NCBI GenBank assembly: GCA_964016885.1
Contig: OZ024743.1
Location: 20,212,001-20,276,000, forward strand
Origin: Eledone cirrhosa
Lineage: Eukaryota
Direction of reading: 5' to 3'
Length of the DNA: 64,000 bases
The position numbers and the translations under genes were made by a program. Each line of letters starts with the position of its first letter. Within the stretch, counting starts at the first letter, position 1. The notes below the pieces were generated by a model. The model saw only the letters and a program-made list of their open reading frames with translations. It was not told where the DNA came from and did not search any database. Positions 36,116 to 48,829 of the stretch are shown piece after piece.

Positions 36116-37574
36116 TAGTAGAGAAACGGTCATATATGAAAAAAGAATTGCTAGAAATTTCATACAGTGTACAAAATGTACTTTATGGGTATACAGTAGA
36201 TGTAGCAGGATTTCAGGCAGGCTAAACAAGAATGTAGGTTTTGTATGTGGCAGATGCACAGGTGAAGTAAACAGGAGGAGCTTATATGAAACAAGTTCTA
36301 TTCAATACTCATAAGGCTCCCTAGAAATAGTTGACAGCTTCTGTCACCTAGATGACTTGATCAACAATAGGAGTGGATATTCTGAAAGCATAATAGCTTG
36401 AGTGAGAACTGAATGCAAATTGTTCAGAGAGCTACTGTCTCTGCTGGCTACAAATGGTTTCTTCTTCAGGATGAAAGGCAGATAATATAATACTTTTACA
36501 AGAACTGCAATGTTGTATAAAAATATGATTTGGGTTTTGAATACAGAATATCTGTGAATATTGAAAAGAAATGACATGAATATGTTCCAATGGATGTGTG
36601 TACATGAACTATGAAGCATTAGTGAACTCAGAAAAAAGCTATGTATGAGGAATTAGATGGAGTATACAAGAGAGGAGACTACACTGGTATGGACATGTGA
36701 CAGCACATAGGAGATGATAGTCACATAAATAAGAGCAGGCATTGAAATTGATAGAAAATGGGAAGAGGAAGAAGTTACAGGAAAATTTGAAAGGTTGTGG
36801 TGAAGGCTGATCTCAGGTAGCTGAACATCACAAAGGAGATAATACTAGATCAATTTGATTGGTGACATGTCATATGACAGAAGACTAGCCTTACCTTGCA
36901 TGTGGAATAAAATGAGCATGGAGGGAAGAACAGAGAGGAAAAATGACATTTAGACCCATGCTTATCAATATGCTTCATATCTAACTCTAACCCAACTCTG
37001 ACTCCTTTCTCTACCTTCCCTCACTTTATTCCGCCTAATTCCAACTATACTCTTCTTTCACCAACTTCCCCCTCTTTAGTCTTCCTCTACTTACATCCTT
37101 CATATCCTTCCCTTTCTCATCCAACTCATACCAGCATAGAAAGTCAGGTACTCCCCACAATATAGTGCAAGATGCAACTTCACCACTTTGAGATTACCTC
37201 TTTGACCTGGGGCCTGTTCTCCTGCAGTAGGATGTCTCCCTCTCTTGCAAACAGCATGTAACTTCCCTGCCTCTCTCTTCCATCATACTCCTGACTGGCA
37301 ATCATATAAGCATCCTAGTGATGTAATGAGCTAGTGATTCTGTCACAACAAAAAACACCCAATCTACCTTGTAAGGCAGTAATTTTGTTGCCCCAATAAA
37401 ATGCTCCTATTACACACTATAAAGTGGTTGGCATTAGGACAGGTATCCAGCCTTGTTCAAACCAAGTCAAAAACGAAATATATGAGCAAAACTCAGTCAC
37501 TTGATCAGTCTAGCCTATGGATGTAACCCATGCAGGCATGGCAAATAGATCCTAAATGATGAAGATGATGATGA

Positions 37575-37629
<55 letters not shown>

Positions 37630-37636
<7 letters not shown>

Positions 37637-40515
37637 ATGCTTTGGGAGGGTCATGTTGCCAATAAGAAACACACGCACCAGTTGCTTTCACTTCAATTTA
37701 TTATAAATTAAATTTATAAATTTAAGAATTTATAAATTTCTGGTTGGTTGGTTCCATAACCGGACGGTTATAATGCACGCAATTGCCGTCGCAGGTCGAT
37801 GAACAAAGAGAAGTACAATTTAGTATAGCTAGATCTAAACTTAGAAATATTATAGAACAGTATAGCAAGAAGCAAAATAGAATGGAGGCCCAGCAACTGG
37901 GAGAAAATCTGCAAATGGCTTGCGTAAGCTCATGCAGCGCTCACGTAATGGAGAGATTGCATGCTTTCCAACAGACAAGCTGGCAGAATGTCGGTTGACA
38001 GTCTGTCAAACTACATCCAGGCAATGCAACCTCACATCACTAACACAAGAGAGGTAACACCACAAGAGCATGAGGATAGGGAGAAAACCCTCAATGCCCA
38101 TATGATGATGTTGACAAACATAATGCAGCCCAATAAAAGGACTGCCAACAACTTCCAGACCTGGAACAATGACGTGCCAGTGTTGTATGGGCTTCGAAAA
38201 GACCATAAAACGAGCAGTGACCCTGTCACGGGACCACCAACATGGCCAGTCTGTGGAGCTAACATTGCTAATAACTACAGACTTTCCTACTTCCTCTCCC
38301 TGATCATATGCCCCATCATTGAAATGTCCCCAGATATATGTGACAGCACAGAGGACCTCCTCAGCAGAATCAGCGAAAATAACCGATCTAGGGACCTAAC
38401 AGACTGTATAATAGGTAGTATGGATGTTGTGTCCCTATATCCATCCATTGACGTGGATTTTGCTGTGGAGAAATGCGTAGAAATGATCAGTGAGAGCACT
38501 GTTAAATTCCGTGGGAGTGATACCAGTGAGCTGGGATTCCTACTTAAACTTACCTATAGTAATGATTATCTAGATACATATGACCTTAGCAACCTGTGCC
38601 CTACAAGACCAGCAAGAGGTAGACCACTTACCATTACCTCAATGGCCAAGAAAACCCACACAGAAAGATGGAACGGGTAGACCAGAGCCATACGGACCCC
38701 CGAAAACCACGATGAACTAAAGAAAATGATTGCATATGCGGGTGGGGCCAGTATAAAATTAACCCTTAAGGAACATATGTTCAAATTTAATGGAAAAACA
38801 TATGCCCAAGAGGAGGGAGCAGCCATTGGTGTTAGCATTGCAGGTGACATAGCTAACCTATTCATGGTATGGTGGGACAATAAACTTAAACTTAAAGAAC
38901 AATTAGAAGACAGCAACCTCTTAACCCTGATAATGTACTCCCACTACGTTGATAATATAAACATCGTAGTAAAAACACCCCCACTAGAGAACAGTCAGGA
39001 ATTAGAGAAAAACACCATGGAAAGCATCCAGCAAATAGCTAACTCCATCCACCAGAGTATTAGAGCTACTATAGACTACGCAAGCAAACACCCCAACCAT
39101 TGATTACCTGTACTAGACACAGAGCTCTGGTTAGAAACCATTAATAACAAAAAAACAAATCCTCCATTCTCATTATGCCAAACCCATGATTTCCAAATAT
39201 CTGATCCACCGAAACTCAGCTGTTTCGGATCACACCAAAATCAACATACTGATTGCGGATTTGGTATGGGTGATGAAAAACATGTCCCGCATGTGCAACC
39301 CCAAAGAACTAGAGAGACACATACAACACTTCATCCGCTGTATGCAGTTCTCTAGTTACAATCAGAGAGATAAAATCAGAGTATATAGAGGAGCCAGAAC
39401 CAAATGGGAAAAAATGGTAAATAATGATACAAATGGGACCTGCCCCTTGTAAAGGAGCAAATTTTGGAATAGAATAGAAAGAACTAGGAATAAGGTTAAT
39501 AGAATAAACTCATGGTATAAATACCAGCAATAAATACCAGAATGTAATGTTCATCAATACAACCCCTAGAAGTGAATTAGCTTACAAATTTAGAAGGGCC
39601 CTAGATAAACATAAACTTAATATTAAGATAGTAGAAAGACCAGGTACCTCCATAAAAACACTTATTAGCAATACATACCCTTTTCAAAGACCTCCCTGTA
39701 TAGATAAGAAATGCATAATCTGTAAACTAAGCCCCCATATTAACTGAAAAACTAGAAATGTAGTATATAGCATAAGATGTACTGAAGGACAATGTAAAGA
39801 TAAGAATATAGTGTACATAGGTGAGACAGCTCGTAGTATAGGAGACCGGTTAAATGAACACTGGCGAGAACTTCAAGATAAAAAAGAATCATCAATACTC
39901 CACCCACATGCTAAAATAGAACATAAGGGCAAATTAGAGAACATAAAAATAAAAATAGAATCTACACACAGAAAAGCCGCAATGTTTAGACAAATCACAG
40001 AGGCAATAAACATAAATTAACTCAAACCAAAATTAAATAGAAAAGATGAATGGAATAGCATCATCACAACTTAGAATTAAGGACAAAATAAAAACACACA
40101 CACACACATAGAACAAACAACCAACCAGTAACATGATAATAAACAAATAAATAAACAAATAAAAACACACACAGACACCCGGATGTAACACATGCGCAAA
40201 CTAAGCACACAACACACACAAAAACAAGATGGCGTAGGACAGAACAAAGGAGAGACACAAAAGAAAGAAAAGAATCCCCAGTCAATGAAGAGGTCACAGA
40301 ATGTGTGAGGAAAGAACTTTGACAATATATGAACAAACGTCCGGTTATGGAACCAACCAACCAGAAATTTATAAATTTAATTTATAATAAATTGGAGTTT
40401 TAGCAACTGGTGCATGTGTTTCTTATTGGCAACATGACCCTCCCAAAGCATAACAATATCGGTTTCAACACACGTTTTCAGATAAAGAATCTTGCTAAAC
40501 AAATTCAGAAACGTA
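37630..40515 (+). mobile_element. Penelope-like element 2 (AT-rich, RT plus C-terminal GIY-YIG) with inverted pseudo-LTR
   Basis: LYGLRKDHK, IIGSMDVVSLYPSI, YAQEEGAAIG, YVDNI, LPVLD, NVVYSIRC..YIGETARS.GDRLNEH, LNRKDEW; several stops and frameshifts; 37630-37766 is inverted at 40338-40459; flanked by (TA)n. Confidence 0.92.
40281..40323 (+). ncRNA. Degenerate mini-hammerhead in the PLE2 3' UTR
   Basis: GTCA aTGAAGA ggTCACA..TGTGAg GAAA GAACT T TGAC; stem I GTCA/TGAC; core C3 replaced by A. Confidence 0.55.
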
Positions 40516-40590
<75 letters not shown>

Positions 40591-40859
40591 TTCCGGTGGT
40601 ACGAAGCCAGACAGATTTCTGATTTCCGAAAGGCTACATGGATTCCTAAATATGCTCAGCCTGTCCCAAGTTCAATCATAGATATTAATTCTCCTCTCTT
40701 GCAGGTATCTGCCTTCCTTCCTCCTCAATTTCAAAATGTCCTGTTCACATCATTTATTTTTATTGTTGTTATTTCTAAATGTCCTATGATGATATACGTG
40801 TGCTGGCTGCCTATCTCACAATTTCACTCCCACCCACCCCACTCACCACCATAGGCTAT

Positions 40860-43800
40860 TCTGGCAATCAAACCTCAACCCATTAGCACCAACAAACACT
40901 GCCACTACTGCTACTACCACTGAACTCCTAGCCCTTACCAGCCCCAACAAACTCTGCCATTACTACTGCTGTCCTTCTAGCCCTGCACTAATAATAATGA
41001 TTCCTTTACTGATATCTATGGATGAACTGAGAATCAATGGAACAACCCCGAATTAATAAATGAATATGAATCCGCAAGCTACCAAACACCCATGCAAAGC
41101 TTTAATCCAGAGACAGGAAGCATACACTCCCCACAAAAATTCAACCCATCCTACGAGTGATGGCAAATGTCCAAAACTCTGAGTTGGAACCATCAATGTA
41201 AGGACAATGAAAGGAAGAGCAGGAGAAATTGTAGAGATGCTAGAGTGAAAGGAAATTGATGTATGCTGTGTGCAAGAGACTAGGTGGAGAGGAGAGTCCG
41301 CTAGAGTCCTCGTAGGCAAAGTCAATGCTACAAATTTTTCTGGGTGGGAAATGACAACGGGATGGGAGGTGTAGGTATACTATTAGCTGACAAGTGGGTT
41401 GATAAGGGAATTCCAGTGAACAAGGTGAATGCAAGAATCATTAAACTCAGACTAGTCATGAATAAAACAATTGCCACAATAGTATCAGCTTAAGCACCCC
41501 ATTCGGGGATGCCAGACGAACTTAAGGATAGGTTTTAAGAGTCCCTAATGCACACTACTGCCCTAACAAATGACAATGACTTCCTAATCATTGCAGAAGA
41601 TTTTAACAGACACGTTGGTAAACACCGTGATGGCTTCTATAGAGTCCATGGAGGCCACGGGTTTGGCACAAGAAATGAAGAAGGCTTCAGGCTTTTGGAA
41701 TTTTACGATGCCAATGACATGTTGATATGTAACACAAACTTCAAAACACTAGATAACCATCTGATCACCTATAGATCAGGGGAGCATTCTAGTCAGATAT
41801 ATTTTATCCTCATCAGAGGGCGTGATAGATGGATGGTTGTAAACACAAAAGCCTTCCCTGGTGAGGAATGTACCTCCCAACATAACTTAGTTGTCAGCGA
41901 CCTCACTGTCAAAACTAGACAAACGTGGAAACAGAAGGCAACCTGGAGAAGAAAAATCTGGAAGCTGAAAAACCCCTCAGCCAGTAATGGATTTAAAGAT
42001 ATTCTACTCGACGCCTATGACAGTAAAGAAGAACAGATAGAGACATTCAATGTAGAAGGGCACTGACAGTTCCTAAAAAATAACTTGCTAAAGGCGACGG
42101 ACAAGATCTGTGGTTGGAGCAAGTCCACAGGGAGGAGGAGAGTGACTTGGTGGTGGAACAATAAGGTAGATGAGGCAGTTAAGGCTAAGAGACAGGCATG
42201 GAAAGAATGGAAGAACGGGGGTAGCAGGGTACATTACATAGAGACCAGGAGGGAAACTAGGTGACAAGTATACTTAGCTAGAAGGGAAGCAGAGGATAGA
42301 ATATTCAAGCATGTTTTGCAATGTGAGGACCAGAAATAGGTGTTCAAGATTGCGAGGCAGTGTGTCAGAGAGAATCGTGATGTCATTGGAGAGAAGTGTA
42401 TCCGGAATGATAACGGTGAGCTTGCCCTCACAAGTGCCGAGAAGAAAGCTGCGTGGAAGAGCCATTATTAAAAGATTACTAAACGAGGAGAATGCATGGG
42501 AAAAAGAGACCCTACCCCAAGCGGACCCTATAGAGGGGCCAGCAGTACAAGTCAACAGCAGCATAGTAAGGCAATAAAAGATATGAAGACAGGGAAGGCA
42601 ACCGGTCCATTGGGTGTAGCTGCCGAGATGCTGAAGGCATCTGGGTCAGTAGGTCCCACCATAACCACACAAATTGTTAACCAGGTAATACTAGAGGGTA
42701 TCATACCAAAGGATCAGTGCAGCACCATCATTGTCAACTGCTACAAAGGTAAAGGTGATGCACTAGATAGAGGAAACTATAGAGGTATAAAGCTGATGGA
42801 CCAGGTCATGAAAGTAATGGAAAGAGTTATAGCACAGTTGATTAGGGACTGGGGGAAACTAGATGAGGTGCAATTTGGGTTTGTACCAGCAAAAGGCACC
42901 ACTGATTCCCTCTTCCTTGTGAGGCAGTTACAGGAAAAGTACCTAGCTAAAGGTAAGCCGCTCTATCTGGCATTCGTCGATCTGGAAAAAGCCTTCGACA
43001 GAGTCCCCCATGCTATAATCTGGTGGGCTCTTAGAAAATTAGGAGTAGATGAATGGCTTGTGAAAGGTGTACAAGCCATGTATGATGAGCAGTCAGCAAA
43101 GTTAGGGTTAGCAATGACTATAGCGAGGAATTTGGCATACAGGTCGGTGTCCACCAGGGCTCTGTTCTTAGCCCTCTCCTGTTCATCATAGTTTTGCAGA
43201 CAATAACAGAGGAGTTTAAGACCGGATGCCCATGGGAACTCCTATATATCGATGATCTCGCACTTATAGCTGAATCTATGGTGGAACTAGAGAAGATATT
43301 CCAAACATGGAAGCAGGGACTAGAAAGAAAGGGTCTCAAAGTCAACCTGACAAAAACTAAGGTTCTTGTAAGTAGAGGAGAAAACAGAACCCAGATACCC
43401 TCAGGGGAATGGCCTTGCTCAGTATGTAGGAAAGGTGTAGGTAGGAACTCCATCCTCTGCCCCAAATGTAAACAATGGCTACACAAGAGATGTAGTGGGA
43501 TCTCAGGAAGCTTAACTAAGAATGTAGGCTTCATATGTAGCAGCTGTGCTGGGACAGCAAGCAGCATATGGCCACAGGAAACAAGCACCATCAAACTCTG
43601 GAAGGGCTCTGTAGAAACAGGAGACAGCTTCTGCTACTTAGGTGACCGAATCAGCAGCGGAGGTGGGTGTTCGGAAAGAACAATAACTAGGGTAAGAACA
43701 GGAGGGAAGAAGTTCAGGGAGCTACTGCCACTGCTAGCTGCAAAAGGCTTTTCTCTCAAAATGAAAGGCAGACTGTATGCGAACAGCGTGTATACGAACA

Positions 43801-44459
43801 GCAATGTTACATGGTAGTGAAACCTGGACGCTGTCTGTAGAAGACTTGCGCAGATTAGAAAGAAACAAAGCTTGCATGCTCCAATGGATGGTAATAGTAA
43901 TATTCACAAACGGCAATACTTAAACGAATTGAGAGTGAGACTGAGCATAAGAGGAATCAAATGCTGTGTGCAGGAGAGGAGGTTACGTTGGTATGGACAT
44001 GTAATGCAGCATAAAAAGGTGCAGAGCACTAGAAGTCGATGGAAGCCACAGAGTGGGGAGACCCAAGAATACCTGGGGTGAGGTGATAAAAGCTGACCTT
44101 ACCCAATTGCACCTCTCAAGGGCAATGACACATGATTGTGACCTCTGGCGTCATGCAGTAATACAGAAGACCCAACTTCCCACAGGAACAAGCCAAAGCT
44201 GAAGCATATAGACGATATGCCCCCACCTCTCCCACTGCAAAGTGGTCGTGGAGGTGCCACGGCCAAAAAGCACCCAGCCCACACGGTAAATGAGGTTGGT
44301 GTTAGGAAGGGCATCCAGCTGTAGAAATCAAGCCAGAATCAGTTCTTGTATGAGCAAGACAAGGTCAGCCGACTGGACACTGCCCACAACAGGACAACCC
44401 GTCTAATCCATGCTAGCGTGGAAGAACGGACATAAAACGGTGATGATGATGATGATGAT

Positions 44460-44460
<1 letters not shown>
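40860..44460 (+). mobile_element. Near-full-length RTE family A LINE (APE + RT + PHD-like finger), pseudogenised
   Basis: APE motifs VGTINVRTM, VCCVQETRW, EDFNRHVG, SQH.LVV; RT motifs NYRGIKL, QFGFVP, AFVDLEKAFDRV, LYIDD; (GAT)n tail; 5' boundary approximate. Confidence 0.93.
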
Positions 44461-44503
<43 letters not shown>

Positions 44504-44654
44504 TATCCAGCCAAACATACACTCACACACATAATATAAACCTCATCATAATTCTATATCCATTTTCCATTCTGATATGGTTTGGACAAGCCTACATACA
44601 TACATGCATACATACATGCATACATACATGCATACATACATGCATACATACAAA

Positions 44655-45345
44655 TATCTGCGGCACAAAAGAGGAGGGCCATCAGCTGACAATAAATGCA
44701 GGGTATGTAAATCAAAGATCGAGGATTTAAGCCACATTGTTGCCAGCTGCGAAAGAATGTCATCTCGCTACTACCATGAGACACGATGGGATAGCTAGAA
44801 CCATCTGGACCATACTTCGGAAAACAAAATTAACAACAAACGAGGAAGAATATATTGAGATAGATGGCACTAAGGAATACTGGTGGAGCCTGAAAAAATA
44901 AAACTGCACAAAAATTAAAGCACAACCGGTCTGATATTGTTGTTTGGGACCACACATTGAAAATGTGTTCTGTTGTGGAGATCAGCTGCTCACTTGATGT
45001 AAACGTTGTCAGAAAAATACAGGAGAAGGACGACATCTACGGACCATTGATGAGGAGTCTACAAATCTAGTATCCAAGATACACCTTTAGCTTCATACCC
45101 ATCATTATTGGTGCTACGGGTTATATACCAACCCGCTTGGACCAAAATATGACTGAACTTGGATTTGCGGACAAAGAGCGCAGCTCCCTAATTCATAGTC
45201 TACAAATGGCTGCGAAAGCTGGCACCTTCAAAATTTGCAAAACATTCTTGCGATTCAAGGGATGTCAATTTCTTTTCTTTTACAACCTTGCCACCAGGAA
45301 GGTGGCCAGTCAAAAAACTATACTCGAAAATAAGAGAAAGAGATA
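44655..45345 (+). mobile_element. R4/Dong-like LINE fragment (CCHC knuckle plus restriction-like endonuclease)
   Basis: CRVCKSKIEDLSHIVASC, RHD-like motif, HNRSDIVVWD, VVEISC, EKDDIY, IPIIIGATG; preceded by a (CATA)n-type repeat. Confidence 0.8.
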
Positions 45346-47645
45346 ACATACATAATTATATCTATATACTTCCATTCCCCACAAAATAAAAGGAAAAAGA
45401 AAGAAATTCAATCGATGCAAATTATTTTATCAATACACACACAAAGATATACCAAATAAGTGATCCATGACTATAAGTACCTCAAAAATTCTGCTGGAAG
45501 TTCCAAATTAGTGAATGTCTTACTCTAAACTATTCTTGTCTTGCAAGCTGTTTGAGACTGATATGAAATGTTCACATTATATTCTTTTGGGTGTAGAAGT
45601 AAAGGCACCATTTTCTAAGTATCAAACCCTTATGGTAAATATATCTGTGCATTATAAATAATTTGATATGGAAAAAAATCAATATTTATGCCCAAGAAAA
45701 ATACGACAGAAATACGTGATAATAGTTGTTTATATTATACTTGTAGCATGTTTAAAAAGTAAATATATAGACATGAAGTGAATGATAAATAATAGCCCAT
45801 TTATATTCAATAGCTGTTTTTATATTTATTGTCATGCATTCATGTAAAAAAAATCTGTAGTTTTGGAAACTTGTGTTTTATACTCCTAATTAGTCAGATC
45901 TTTGTATCTGAAAAATATTGTCTGGAACAAGTGTTCACAAATTGTTCATTGAGATTTTAATCGAATTCAAAAACCCACTTTTTATCAGCATAATAGTATG
46001 ACTTTTATCATTATTGTTTTTATTATTATTATTATTAATCATTTATTATTTTTTCAGAGTGCTAAAAGCCTTTAGGGTATTATGAGGTAAAGCAATCAAC
46101 AAATCATAACATATATGCAAGCAATGACTTGCAGGTAAATACTCTTGTTAACTGCATATGCAAAAATTTAGGAAGAGAAAGCTAAATGTGTAAGAATTGA
46201 TGGATTGTATACAATACTGGTCCAGTGAAAGTTATTTGCCTATGTTCCATTTTGAAATAGTACATTATTACATGAACATGATAGAAATCTTATTTCTAAT
46301 TCAGGCATTATGCATGTCAGTTGCATAGTCATCAAATTATGTAAGGAAATATTTTTCTGAGAATGAAGATACTAAGAAATAATATTTATCAGCTTGTAGA
46401 TAGATTTCAGTCTTAAAGCAACTTACAATGGTTTAGAAACCTTATGCTATCTAGTGGATAAGTGTTTATGTATGTGTTAATATATTGTATACACACATAC
46501 ACACACACACACACATCACACACACAGAAAGATAGTTTCACTTTATTAATTGTCATGTAATGATGAGCCAAAAGCTCAGAATGAGCTCTGGTTTCTGATT
46601 AATGAGCCAATGTCAATTGTATGCTAGTGGTTATTAATGTAATGAAGGCATTGGATGTTATCTTCATTATTAGAAATCAGGAGATATTTATTTGTATGCC
46701 TGCTTTTAATCAAGCAATGCTTTACTGGGTGAAACCTGTCCAGAACTGTTTCAAGTCTTCTTATTTTACTTTCTCATTAGTCATGGATATCTTTAAATGA
46801 AGTTAGAGCAATGAAAACTGCCATAAAGTGGTCTTTGATGGTAATTCGACATTGGCTCTGCATCGAAAATGCACAGCATTTATCTACTGAATGAAACTAA
46901 TTTCTCATTTAATTTGACAAATGACTTTGAAATTGATTGCTTAGTGCAGCTAAACTCTCATGCTTACCAATAAAGTTAAAGTTATATTCCTTTCACAGAA
47001 GGATAAACACATGCAATGTTTCTTGTAATATTTTCTTCTCACTGCTGCAAAAGTAAATTGGTTTTTCAGTTTGTTTTGAAGTTTTAGTTACCTATTTGTT
47101 TAAGAAAATTGCTGTTTATTTATTTACTAGCTATTTGTTTTCCAGTATGTTTATTTATTAGTCTCTTTATTTACTTTCTCAAATAAGTATTACTGGAATA
47201 ACATGATAACAAAAAGTAATGCAAATTAATTTGGGTATAAATTACTGAGGATAATAGTTAATAAAATGATATTAACTATTTTCCTGATAAAACAGAAGGT
47301 AATATTTTATTCCAAAGGTATTTTCAAAGAGGCTGTGCAATCCTATTGTGTGATAAATCTTAATTTCACCTCATGATTAATAACAAGGTCCAATTCTTTT
47401 GTAAAGGCTAAGACAGTAGATTCCAAGCAATTCATTTAGAAGTCTCTACTAACAGCTTCTTAATAAAATTACTTTCTTGGTGGATGCCAAAATGAAAATA
47501 ACAAATTCTGAATAGCTGTTACTTTAAAACTAGATACACTGTCTACACTATAATATTGGTAAACTCCAAACTAAAACTTAGAAAATTACTAAATATAAAT
47601 ATCTATATGTATTTCATATCAAGTATATTAAACATTATATATATA

Positions 47646-47748
47646 CTGGGTGTCCCAAAAAATGTATACACACTTCAACAACATTCTAATAAATATTGCC
47701 TGTACAGATAATCAAAGTGTGTATACATTTTTGGGGGGGTACACCCTC
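47646..47748. mobile_element. Tc1/mariner-type MITE
   Basis: TA-CTGGGTGTCCCAAAAAATGTATACACACTT ... AAGTGTGTATACATTTTTGGG..ACACCCTC-TA. Confidence 0.75.
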
Positions 47749-48417
47749 TATATATAACACCATTCAAATTGCATATATAAATATATAGATTTCTGCTTAT
47801 TTATAATGTTTAGAAACGAAACAGTAAAATATTTGCAAACAGAAAATTTAGTCACAATAAATATTTAGTGACCAGGTGGTAAATGTAACATAAAAGTCTT
47901 TGATACCAAATATATATATTTACCAAATATATATTTACCAAATATATATATTTACCAAATATATATTTATGCATGTGTATGCGCATGCATGTATCTGTGC
48001 TTGTGTATGTATATATATATATATGTGTGTGTGCCAGTGTCAGGTCGCTCCTAAGCACTACTGGTAACATGTAATCCAGTACAATCTGTTGCATAATCAG
48101 GTCGTCAGCAATTAAACTGGCAACCCACGAAGCTTGCTTAGTGAGCAGGGTGATTATTGGACATCCTGTGTAATGAAAAGCAAAACCAATCAAAGAGAGG
48201 AGGAACTCATATAAGTCAATGGCTATCCATTAGTATGTAACTATCTATATATACATATATTGTGTATATATATATAAAATTGTAAATAAATTTTTATTTA
48301 TTTATTTTTTTATCCTTTTAGCTTTGTAACTTTTTTAATTCACTTTATTTCATTTTCTTTCTTATTATATATATTGCATATTATTATCGTATATATCATT
48401 ATTTCATAACTCTGAAA

Positions 48418-48636
48418 GGGCAGTGGATTGGCAGTATTAGTAGAGGGTCGGACGCCATGCTTTGCAGCATAGAGTTATACTGCTTTACGGTCTAAGTTCA
48501 AATCCCGCTAGGTTAACTTTGCCTTTCATCATTACAGAGTAGATAAAATAAACTACCAGTAACGTACTGAGGTCGATTTAATCAACTTTCCCCTCCCCCC
48601 AAATTACTAGCCTTGTGCCTATACTAGAAATCATTA
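48418..48636 (+). mobile_element. Meta-like tRNA SINE (longer subfamily)
   Basis: Same head, B box and central domain as other copies; ATCATTATTT.ATAACTCTGA is repeated on both flanks. Confidence 0.85.
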
Positions 48637-48829
48637 TTTTATAACTCTGATATAACACCAGGTCTCTAATTGCTGACGGTCCCTGTATAGAGTGATACTA
48701 TCAGTAATCTCTGACTCTTAGGATAGACTAGACTCTATAGCTCAGTTATGGTAACTAGTCTAGGATATGGTAAGTTCTGACTAACCAGCCTGAGGCCCCT
48801 GAATTTCTTGGTGATTTCCTTCCATATAA

